A DNA stretch of 19,426 nt from NCBI RefSeq assembly GCF_006345805.1, contig NW_021824351.1, forward strand, positions 1 to 19,426, in the 5' to 3' direction. The first letter of the stretch is position 1, and each line of letters starts with the position of its first letter. This DNA is from Octopus sinensis (lineage: Eukaryota). Below are positions 10,093 to 19,426 of the stretch, in pieces. Below the pieces are notes generated by a model. It was not told the DNA's origin. It saw nothing but the letters and a program-made list of their open reading frames with translations, and did no database searches. A program made the position numbers and the translations under genes.

Positions 10093-10527
10093 ATTATTAT
10101 TATTATTATTATTATTGTTATTATCATCATCATCATCATCATCATCATAGTTTCTTTATCTTTTTCTTTATTGTTGATTTCATATTGTCGAGTATTTGGC
10201 AGTAAAGTTTCTCACTGGGAAAGAGAAAAAAACAAAAAAAACAAATCGTATCTTGAATCATGGCATCTCGACATTATATGCCATGCTCCAGTTTCAATTT
10301 ATGTGAATTATCAGAGTATATAGATGAGTAATTTCCAGATACTGTTGTCGTTGGTTGCCTTGCTGATGAAAGCAACATATGTCTGAATATATTTTTATAC
10401 ATATATTACACACACACACACAAACATATATATTTCTGCCAGTCAGAATCAAGAAATTTGCATCAGGAAGCAAATAAATGTATTTTAACACACTTGCCTT
10501 GATTTACATGCAAGCATACTGATATGT

Positions 10528-10550
10528 AATATATATATATGTGTGTGTAA

Positions 10551-10623
<73 letters not shown>

Positions 10624-10642
10624 ATGTATGTATGTATGTATG

Positions 10643-10674
<32 letters not shown>

Positions 10675-10690
10675 CATGCATACATATAGT
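10528..10690. repeat. (TA)n/(TATG)n microsatellite
   Basis: Directly visible. Confidence 0.95.
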
Positions 10691-10779
10691 TATATGCATG
10701 TGTATGAGTCTATGCAAGAGATAAAATAATAAACACGCCAACACCTGGACTATGGTGTAATCTTTATCTTTTCAGTCTG

Positions 10780-10867
10780 TTTGTCTGTCTGTCTGTCTCT
10801 CTTTCTATCTCTGTCTCTCCCTGTCTCTCTCTCTCATTGTGTCTGTCTCTGCCTCTTCCTCTCTTTT

Positions 10868-10911
<44 letters not shown>

Positions 10912-11085
10912 TCCTCTACATCTCAAAGAAAAGTTATTCATTCACATCACCATCATCATCATCATCATCATCATCAGTATCATCATCTTCACTATCACCA
11001 TTCACACCGCAAATACAACCAGCACAACCACCATTGCAACCACGGCCACTACCCTCACCACAACCCTCACCACAACCATACCTTA
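10780..11085. repeat. (TC)n followed by (CAT)n/(CAC/CAA) simple repeats
   Basis: Directly visible. Confidence 0.9.
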
Positions 11086-11734
11086 ACATAATTTCCCCTT
11101 CCCTATCCATCCTCGACCTCCACTTCCTATAACCTGCAAACACCCAACCGCTGTTTTCCCACATTATTTCTTACCCCCTATAAACAAGTTAACACACAGA
11201 AGACAGTCTGTCATCCCTCTTCCTCTCCGTCTACCCCCACCCTTCTTCTCTACCCCCCACTCTCCGTCTGTCACCCCCCCCCCACTATTATCCCCTCCTC
11301 CTCCTCCTCTTCCATGTATCCTCCTCCTCCTCTCATTTAAAATGGGATGATGAGGATAAAACAGTCGATATATAACAGTTAAATCCATTCATCTTCAGGA
11401 TGAAAAGACCATGAATGAAAAAAAAAAGACGGAGAATGGTGAGGGAAGTTGGACGAAGGTGTACGACGGCGGTGGCGGCGGAGCGCAGTTGAGGACGGTG
11501 GGGGGTACGGTAGAGAATGGGGTACGGTAGTGAATGGAGCTCGGAAGGTGGAGGTTGGCGGAGGGCGCTGGAAGACCGTGGACAAAAGCAGAAAAGGTGG
11601 TGAGAGGCCGTGCTCTTGTAATGAGAACGTCAATATTTGACAAAAATAAATTGGGAAAAATAAAAATAAAAAAGGTTTAAGGCTTTTTTTATTTGAATTC
11701 CTCTTTGCACTCTTCACCTGCTGCGGTGATCTGT

Positions 11735-12296
11735 GTATGTGCGACTACGTATGCATGTATGTATGTATGTATGCATGTATGTATCTATGCATGTATGTAT
11801 GTATGTATGTATGTATGTATATATGTATGTATGTATATATGTATGTATGTATGTATGCATGCATGTATGTATGTATATATGCATGCATGCATGCACGTAT
11901 ATATGTATGTATGCATGTATGTATGTATGTATGTATGTATGTATGTATGCTTGCATATACGTATGTATGTATGTATGTATGCATGTATGTATGTATGTAT
12001 GTCAGTTTTATTTCAAGATTTCTTGCCAATATAGAAAGAGCCGGTTTCTAACCTAGATCCAAGCCTCCTTCATTGGAATTTCAACACCAACAAGCGGATA
12101 TTTTTGTATGTATGTATGTATGCATGTATATATGTATACATTCATGTGTGTATGCAAGCATGTATGTGTGTCTGCATTTATGTATGAATGTGTGCATACA
12201 TGTACATATTTATGCATGTAAATATATATGCATCTTTGTATATGTGTAGATATATAGATATACATATAAATACATATATGTGTATATGTATACGTG

Positions 12297-12342
<46 letters not shown>

Positions 12343-12343
12343 C

Positions 12344-12376
<33 letters not shown>
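11735..12376. repeat. (TATG)n microsatellite (11735-12001) and degenerate (TA)/(TG) tract
   Basis: Directly visible. Confidence 0.92.
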
Positions 12377-12617
12377 ATTTATGGGGGAACGGAAGATTCC
12401 CCATGAATCTTAATACGAATCTTTATTCAGCACGACGATCGTTTCGACCCATCCTGTAGCTGTCCCTTAGGGGTAGGATAACGAGCATTAATCAGTGCAG
12501 GTTGTGTCACTTCAGGAACTTGGTTTAAAAAAGAATAATTACCCACTCGTTGTACAAAGTTCTCCTAAGCATGCTGTTCTTACTCGTTGTATGTGTGTAT
12601 ACATATACATAGGTATA

Positions 12618-12681
<64 letters not shown>

Positions 12682-12852
12682 GAGAGAGAAAGAGAGATAA
12701 TATGCATGTACGATAGAATGAGCAGCCTTCGACTCTTTCTGTCCAAAAAGGGTACATTTTAGCGCATATTTATACACTTTTATTCATAGCTTTGTCTACT
12801 TCGAGCTCAGTCATAGTTTCGTCAACTTTGTGTCCATAGTTATCCTCGCTAC

Positions 12853-12962
12853 CGCTTGACAACGGTATCAGTGTATTTCTGTTCCCGAAACTTAGCGGTC
12901 CGGCCAAAGAATATCGATAAAATAAGTACAAGATTTTTGAAAAAATAGATGTGGGGTCGATT
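12853..12962 (+). mobile_element. 3'-half fragment of SINE family C
   Basis: CGCTTGACAAC...ACTTAGCGGTCCGGC...GATAAAATAAGTAC...TGGGGTCGATT, matching 2450-2534. Confidence 0.75.
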
Positions 12963-12966
12963 CACA

Positions 12967-13068
12967 GCTATAGTAGAAGACACTTGCCCAAGGTGCCATG
13001 CGGTGGGACTGAACCCGGAACCATGTGGTTGGTAAGCAAGCTACTTACCACACAGCTACTCGTGCGCC
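12967..13068 (-). mobile_element. 5' head of SINE family C
   Basis: Reverse complement GGCGCACGAGTAGCTGTGTGGTAAGTAGCTTGCTTACCAACCACATGGTTCCGGGTTCAGTCCCACCGCATGGCACCTTGGGCAAGTGTCTTCTACTATAGC matches 2219-2316. Confidence 0.9.
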
Positions 13069-13124
13069 TATATAATACATATTCACACAAACACACATAT
13101 ATAATACTTATAATTTTTTTTATT

Positions 13125-13425
13125 CAGTAACTTGTTTTAGCCATTCGACCATATTAAAAGGTCGAAGAAATCGACCCCAGCACGTATACTTTTTAAGCCT
13201 AGGTACTTATTCAATCTGTTATCTTTAGCCGAACCTACCAAGAACGGCTGTCAAGCGTTTGGGGAGGGGGGCAAGCACAAAGACACACACACACACATAA
13301 ATATATATACGATGGGCTTCTTTCAGTTTCCGTCTACCAAATCCATTCACAAGGCCTTGGTCTACTCGACGCTAAAGTAGAAGACACTTGCGCAAGGTGC
13401 CACGCAGCGGGACTGATCCCGGAGC
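13125..13425 (-). mobile_element. 5'-truncated SINE family C copy
   Basis: Reverse complement matches 2265-2590, including GGATTTGGTAGACGGAAACTGAAAGAAGCCC and the tail. Confidence 0.85.
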
Positions 13426-13427
13426 AT

Positions 13428-13428
13428 A

Positions 13429-13461
<33 letters not shown>

Positions 13462-13945
13462 GTATGTATGTATGTATGTATGTATGTATGTATGTATGTA
13501 TGTATGAATGTACGTATATATATATATAAATATACATACATATATTCATATATGTATATATATACGTATATGTATATACATACATATATACACACGCAAA
13601 CTCATTCATATATACACTGATATATGTACGCATGCAGATATATATGTTTACATACATACATGTATTCACATATTGAAATAATTTACATATGACACATAAA
13701 ACATGCATAAATACGTGTGTGTGTGTGACTGTATGCGTGTGTGTGTGTGACTGTATGCGTGTGTGTGTGACTGTATGCGTGTGGTGTGTGTGTGTGTTAT
13801 GTAGGACGGTGCGTGTATGAATATATATTGACATAAAGAAAGGTGTGTAACAACACACGCACATACACACATACACAATATATATATGTATATGTATGTT
13901 TAAATGTATGTAGGTATGCATATATATTTGTCTCTGCATGTATGT
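13428..13945. repeat. Degenerate (TA)/(TATG)/(TG) tract including three copies of (GT)nGACTGTATGC
   Basis: Directly visible; short unit repeated at ~13716-13781. Confidence 0.88.
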
Positions 13946-14476
13946 ATTATGTACATGCCGTCATGTATTCGTACATTCGCTAATTCACATATTCACATAT
14001 TCACCTATTCATCTATTCATAGTCAAATATCTACATACATCCACGTATACATATACGTGTGAGTATAGCTGTTTAAGAGCGGGGTTGGGTGAATATAGGT
14101 GTCTATACGCATAAAGGTGAGATTGTATAGTGGAAGGTTTAATTAAAGTTGGTGTGTAAATAACGTTGACCTCGCTCTGAAAAGCTGACTAAGAGAGGCG
14201 AACAAAGCACCAATAAACGTTTGAAATGACCAGATTAACAAAAGCCCGTCTTGAATGAAGACTGAGCGTAAATTAGCACAAGATATTATTTACCAATCAT
14301 GTCCTTCCATACATTGGCTAACAATAGCTGAGATCTCTAGGACGGGCATTCACCATTATTTATTCATGTACGTGTGCCGCTGGTTTGGTTGTATTCTGAG
14401 AAAGAGAACGGAAGAGACGGGAAGGTAGGGACAGCTAGAAATAGAGATAGCGAAAGAGAGCTAGATAGACTGATAG

Positions 14477-14511
<35 letters not shown>

Positions 14512-14528
<17 letters not shown>

Positions 14529-14829
14529 GGTAAAGGAATGAAAGAAAAGATAAGACAGAAGTAGAGATAGGAAGAGTGAAAGTTAAAGAGGTAGAGAGGG
14601 AAGAGAAAAAGACTGGTTATAGAGAAGAATATAGAGATAGGACTAGAGAAAAACAGAGAGAGAGAGAGGAGAGAGAGAGAGAGAAGTGGTAAAGGAATGA
14701 AAGAAAAGATAAGACAGAAGTAGAGATAGGAAGAGTGAAAGTTAAAGAGGTAGAGAGGGAAGAGAAAAAGACTGGTTATAGAGAAGAATATAGAGATAGG
14801 ACTAGAGAAAAACAGAGAGAGAGAGAGGG
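14512..14829. repeat. Perfect tandem duplication, period 159 bp, bounded by (GA)n tracts
   Basis: AAGTGGTAAAGGAATG...GGACTAGAGAAAAACAG occurs at 14525 and again at 14684, identical by manual comparison. Confidence 0.95.
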
Positions 14830-15197
14830 AGAGCGAGAGAGATAGAGAGCGAGAGAAAAAGAAGACAGAGACAGAGGATTTGCAAATAAGTAAAAAGAAA
14901 AAAAGATATAAAAGAGTAGTAGAGCGTGAGGCAAGCATCCTTGGAGCAGAACTTGCAACACGGTTTCTATCCCAGAACAGGGAAAGAGAGAGCCAATTTC
15001 ACATTTTTATTGACGATGTTACTTCGCTTGTAAATAAACACATGAACACCGTTGAATCCAGTTTTCACTTTGTATGTTTAGAAAGTACAAGTACAAAGGA
15101 TGTTTGTTAGATATATATAGTTAACTGAATCTTGGTTGCCATGTTCCTTCCTGTTTGAAGACTCCCCTGAAGGTTTCCGTTCGTAGATTCAATATAT

Positions 15198-15400
15198 GTC
15201 AGAATCGTTAGCACACAGGACATAATGCTTAGCGGTATTTCGTCCGTCTCTACGTGTTGAGTTCAAATACCACCGAGGTTCACTCTGCTTTTCGTCCTTT
15301 CGAGGTCGATAAAATAAGTACCAGTAGAACACTGGGGTCGATGTAATCGACTTAACCCATCCCTCGATCTACCCGGGTTTGTGCCAAAATTTGAAACCGC
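15198..15400 (+). mobile_element. SINE family B copy, tail type 3
   Basis: CAGAATCGTTAGCAC...TGCTTAGCGGTATTTCGTC...GAGTTCAAAT...CCTTTCGAGGTCGATAAAATAAGTACCAG...CTGGGGTCGATGTAATCGAC; tail GTTTGTGCCAAAATTTGAAACC. Confidence 0.85.
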
Positions 15401-15494
15401 AATATGTCTGGTGATGGTAAGATGTTTAGTTTCCGTGAAGATAATAATGTGCAGTGTATAGCATGATGTATCGACATCAACTTTTCTCTTTAGC

Positions 15495-16185
15495 CAAACA
15501 ATTAACCACCTCCTCTTCATGGATGATTTGAAACTGTATGGCAAAGATGAGACGGTCTTCTGTTTTAGTACTGATATTAGAATGGATTTTGGACTCAAGA
15601 AGTGCGGAATAATCTACCTAAAAGAGACAAGTTACAGTCCTTGGCAGGACAGAACTACCGAATGAAGACTTGATTAAGCAAATTGAAATGGAACGCTACA
15701 AATACCTCAGTGTACTAGAGTTCAGTGGAGGCGCAATGGCCCAGTGGTTAGGGCAGCGAACTCGCGGTCGTAGGATCGCGGTTTCGATTCCCAGACCGGG
15801 CATTGTGAGTGTTTATTGAACGAAAACACCTAAAGCTTCACAAGGCTCCTGCAGGGGTGGTGGTGATCCCTGCTGTACTCTTTCACCACAACTTTCTCTC
15901 ACTCTTTCTTGTTTCTGTTGTACCTGTATTTCAAAGGGTCAGCCTTGTCACACTTTGTGTCACGCTGAATCTCCTCGAGAACTACGTTAAGGGTACACGT
16001 GTCTGTGGAATGCTCAGCCACTTGCACGTTAATTCCACGAGCAAGCTGTTCCATTGATCGTATCAGCTGGGACCCTCATCGTCGTAACCGACGGAGTGCT
16101 CCTAACTAGAGTTCAACGAGATAATGGAGAAGGAAATGAAAGAGCAACTGAGGATGGGATATTTCCGAAGACTAAGTTTAAAGAT
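15495..16185 (+). mobile_element. Reverse transcriptase fragment of an R4/Dong-type non-LTR retrotransposon, split by a SINE at 15725-16104
   Basis: INHLLFMDDLKLYGKDE (FMDD at 15516-15527), FSTDIRMDFGLKKCGII, ELPNEDLIKQIEMERYKYLSVLEF | NEIMEKEMK, then YFRRL after a frameshift. This is the typical RT domain 5-7 and post-RT YKYLG.LE...KEY.RR pattern of this group. Confidence 0.88.
15725..16104 (+). mobile_element. Full-length tRNA-derived SINE (family D) with 11-bp target-site duplication
   Basis: A box TGGCCCAGTGG (15737-15747); B box GGTTTCGATTCCC (15780-15792); flanked by ACTAGAGTTCA at 15714-15724 and 16105-16115. Confidence 0.92.
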
Positions 16186-16343
16186 ACGTTGTCATTCTGC
16201 CGCGCTTTAAACAGTAGTTGTCCGCAAGTGGTTCTTATAATAAACGACAATTGGTAAAGAAAGTGCACGAAGCAACCCTTGATTTTTTATGAAAGCGCCT
16301 AAATCCTCTCAGCATAGTAGTGTAGATATTTCCTGTACGATAT

Positions 16344-16547
16344 ATTCATTTCTACTAAAAGCACAAGACCTGAAATTCTGGGTGAGAGAGACCTTGTCGA
16401 TTACAGCGACCCCAGTTTTTAACTAGTACATATTTTAGTGGCCCCTGGAAAGGATGAAAGGCAAAGTCGGCCTTGGCGGGATTTGAGCTTAGAACATGAA
16501 GACGGACAAAATGCCGCTTAGCGCTTTGCCGAATTTGCTCGCCGCCT
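16344..16547 (-). mobile_element. SINE family B copy, tail type 2-like
   Basis: Reverse complement AGGCGGCGAGC...GGCAAAGCGCTAAGCGGCATTTTGTCCGTC...CCGACTTTGCCTTTCATCCTTTCC...CTGGGGTCGCTGTAATCGAC...AATTTCAGGTCTTGTGC...AGTAGAAATGAAT. Confidence 0.82.
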
Positions 16548-16662
16548 TATTTTTCCTGTATGATATATCGGCAAATATATGAAGCCAAACAGGGTGTGAA
16601 AACCTGTGAAGAGAAGTACGTTTCGACATTTGTTGTTAGACGTGATAGCAAGTTGTTAATTA

Positions 16663-17750
16663 ATGTGTGGAAAAGACGTTATCGAAGCTACGAGTACAAC
16701 GGAGACTGATAGAACAGCTGCTGCCGGAGAAGATTTGTCTTCTTGAAAGGATGCAATGGGACGGGAAACTTCCGATGCAAGAAATAAGAGAAGGTGAGAC
16801 AGGACTCATAGGCTGATGTTACTGTCGGGGTATTTGAAGGCTTTGCTAATGTCAGAATACAACATTGCTTTACTTGGAAGTCGCGATCAAAACACAAACA
16901 ACTTTCAGTGAAACGGCTGGGCTGGTTTTTCTTTTTACATTTTATTTTACTGTTTTATTTTCAAGGTTTCCAATGTTAGTGGGAGAAATACGGGAAAATA
17001 CACTCGACCGGAAATCTGGCCCGATTTTTAAAGGCACCCAAGAAATGTGTGGTCGTGTTAATCCAGAAGACGCCGAAACATTGAGCATTATGGCAACATT
17101 TTCTGTTAAGAATATACATGACCATCTGAAGAGTCAAAGAGCTGTACAGTACCACCAGCACCGCGTTGTGTCCGTAGCTTAGATATTACCCTCACTATGT
17201 ATATAAGTGAACAAGGGAGCTTTTACTTGTAGCAACTGGAGACCCTCCTGGGAAAAGTTAATAGTGCCGGGGCAGAACAACAATCCCACTACTAGTGCTG
17301 AGCAGAACAACACTTGGGCAGGGATAGAACAAGGCGTCCTTACATGTGCCAAGATTAAAACAACACCTCTGCATGTGCCAGAACGGAATATCACGTCTCT
17401 ACTTATTCCGGACCAGTACAACATATCCCTACATGAGCTGGAACAGAGCAATAAGATCGTAGTTCTGGAAAAGCGCGCCACCGTCGCTACTTTTGCTGGG
17501 ACCGAATGACAAGTCCTAACATCCGCCGGAACAGAACAACATGTCGGGAGAGAACGAAATGCTCTTATTCATGCTGAGACAGAATACACACCCTTCTTGT
17601 GTAGACGTTCTCACGTTCACTTGCACGCTTATTGGACACTGTCTAGTCTCAAATGCAGAGTCATTCGAAGGAATTTTCAATGTGTCTGATTTACACAAGA
17701 GTTCTATCCAGGAGGAGAAAAGGGTTCACTTAATTAAAATAAGAAACTGA
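16663..17750 (+). pseudogene. Candidate decayed, intron-containing coding segment of unknown identity
   Basis: Donor AG|GTGAGA at 16793/4 and pyrimidine-rich acceptor TTTTATTTTCAAG|G at 16965/6 join two open frames in phase. The reading continues in one frame through stops at 17180, 17204 and 17507. No recognisable domain. Confidence 0.3.
17273..17600 (+). repeat. Degenerate ~30-bp tandem repeat, about 10 units
   Basis: Units include CAGAACAACAATCCCACTACTAGTGCTGAG (17273), CGGAATATCACGTCTCTACTTATTCCGGAC (17384), CAGTACAACATATCCCTACATGAGCTGGAA (17414) and CAGAGCAATAAGATCGTAGTTCTGGAA (17444). Confidence 0.7.
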
Positions 17751-17790
17751 ACTCATAATTACGCATTCAGATTTAGCCAGAACAGGATGA

Positions 17791-18013
17791 GTAGCGAGGT
17801 GGCAGAAACGGGAGAAATGCCAAGCGGTATTTCGTCTGCCGTTACGTTCTCAGTTCAAATTCCACCGAGGTCGACTTTGTCTTTCATCTTTTCGGTGTCG
17901 ATAAATTAAGTACCAGTTACGCACTGAGGTCGATGTAATCGACTTAATCCGTTTGTCTGTCCTCGTTTTTCCCCCCTATGTTTAGCCCCTTGTGGGAAAT
18001 AAACAAAAAAATA
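17791..18013 (+). mobile_element. SINE family B copy, tail type 1
   Basis: Collinear with 1066-1297, including the tail TTAATCCGTTTGTCTGTCCT...CCCCTTGTGGG. Confidence 0.88.
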
Positions 18014-18365
18014 GGATCAGTAGCGATCATGACCTTTATCAGAGATTTAGAGACAAGAAGAAGAAGAAGAAGAAGAAGGAAATAATTCTAAAACTAGATA
18101 CCAGGCACTTCCAGAAGAACAGATTCTACTTGAGGTAATCAAAGACCAGCTGATGGTGTTGAACCACGTGATGTATATTAGCTTTGTCACTCAAGAGATA
18201 AGAGAAAGACATCTGGATGTCTTCAAACTAACCGGGATAATATTGAGGGGCCAAAATCAAATGGGATTATTGCCGAGAATTGAGGGAGGCCTTGTGGTGG
18301 CATAGTATTAATACTAATTTTACCGCTGTATTAACATAAACATAAGAAACGCGGTTTCGATTCTT

Positions 18366-18432
18366 AATATATATGTATATATATATGTATATATATATGT
18401 ATAATATATATATATATATGTATATATATATA
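18366..18432. repeat. (TA)n microsatellite
   Basis: Directly visible. Confidence 0.95.
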
Positions 18433-18712
18433 TTCGCTTTCATGTTCACTTCGTATATCGGTACAAATTGACTGGGAAAATGTAAACACCCGCACATTCT
18501 TGTATGTGTGTGTGCGCACATACATATATACATTATCTCCCCCCTCTCTCTCTCTCTTTTTCTTTAAATATATGTGTATATATATGCATGTGTGTATAAA
18601 TGTATGTATGTATATACACAAACATACACGTACATATATGTATGTTCCGTATTATTGTAATAGAACAGTTAAGATGCTTTTTTGTAAAGCGAGCATAGCC
18701 GTAGCAACACAA

Positions 18713-18713
<1 letters not shown>

Positions 18714-18772
<59 letters not shown>

Positions 18773-18779
18773 CAGCAGC

Positions 18780-18828
<49 letters not shown>

Positions 18829-18856
18829 TGGTGGTGGTGGTGGTGGTGGTGGTGGC

Positions 18857-18902
<46 letters not shown>

Positions 18903-18949
18903 TGGTGGTGGCGGTGGCTGTGGCGGCGGTATTGGTGGTGGTGGTGGTG
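18714..18949. repeat. (TAG)n/(CAG)n/(TGG)n trinucleotide repeat cluster
   Basis: Directly visible. Confidence 0.96.
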
Positions 18950-19149
18950 GACGAAAAAAAGGAAGAAGGAGAAACAGTACTACAAATGTTCTCATTGTTA
19001 TTCAATATCATGACCCGGAGCTGTCTCTAAAATGCGGTAAGTATTTCTAGGATAGTCACCAACTTATCTCTCTTAGAGGAAAAAATATCTATCCCTACAT
19101 ACCTGTGTACACACATATACATATATATATATGTGTGTGTGTGTATGTA

Positions 19150-19182
<33 letters not shown>

Positions 19183-19426
19183 ATGGGGTCTGTGTTAATG
19201 TGTGTATGTATATATGTATGTATGGGAGTGTAGATATATTTCTTATATATATTTATCTACGTGTGATCACCCGCTTATTTTCCTTCTTCTGTTGAGTAAA
19301 TATTAGGCTGAAAATACAATTTGTAGGCTTGAAACACAAAAGTTGGGAATTGTTTACCTGGTCGTGTCTCCATAATGTATCAATTTTCACAGTCTATAGA
19401 TTGTAAGTTAAGGCTTTTCAGAATTC

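Noticed and set aside
11215-11610. C-rich then G-rich block suggesting an inverted repeat or G-quadruplexes
   Set aside because: Matches between the arms are short low-complexity words; no clear stem and no functional context.
10463-14938. ORFs over (TA)n, (TATG)n, (CAT)n and (GA)n tracts, e.g. 11693-12056, 13334-13939, 14435-14938
   Set aside because: Simple-repeat artefacts.
16612-16650. Minus-strand GTCGAAACGTAC resembling a hammerhead 3' half
   Set aside because: No usable CUGANGA core, stem I or stem II.
17273-17600. Regularly spaced ~30-bp units as a CRISPR-like array
   Set aside because: No constant repeat with unique spacers, a eukaryotic context, and no cas genes.
18015-18300. Possible APE-type LINE remnant (SSDHDL; GPKSNGIIAE)
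   Set aside because: Only two weak motifs in different frames; insufficient to call.
19021-19043. Strong donor-like GCG|GTAAGT at 19037/8
   Set aside because: No convincing upstream acceptor or coding frame; an isolated motif is expected by chance.
19421-19426. Window ends in GAATTC (EcoRI site)
   Set aside because: Internal GAATTC sites exist (e.g. near 292, 6729, 9248, 11695), so this is not a restriction-fragment boundary.

Overview
This is eukaryotic, repeat-saturated genomic DNA. It most resembles octopus (coleoid cephalopod) intronic or intergenic sequence, judged from the tRNA-derived SINE families and very high microsatellite density; the taxon is an inference from recall, not a database result. 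I found no intact protein-coding gene, and most ORFs in the supplied track are microsatellite artefacts. Supported content: at least four tRNA-derived SINE families (12 copies or fragments), two decayed mariner transposon pieces, and a Penelope-like (GIY-YIG) retroelement fragment. There are also two fragments of an R4/Dong-type non-LTR retrotransposon with a restriction-like endonuclease (RT piece at ~15.5-16.2 kb; zinc knuckle + endonuclease + 3' end at 9.17-9.89 kb), two perfect microsatellite-bounded tandem duplications, and many simple repeats. Most interesting observations: (1) a minimal type-I hammerhead-ribozyme-like fold at 5630-5664, upstream of the Penelope-like fragment; (2) an apparent SINE-LINE chimera sitting inside an (AAT)n tract, next to two further element 3' ends with the same CAYAG|AAT junction; (3) a possibly spliced, decayed ORF with a ~30-bp repeat at 16.66-17.75 kb; (4) module and tail sharing among the SINE families. 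All family assignments come from manual translation and motif recognition.
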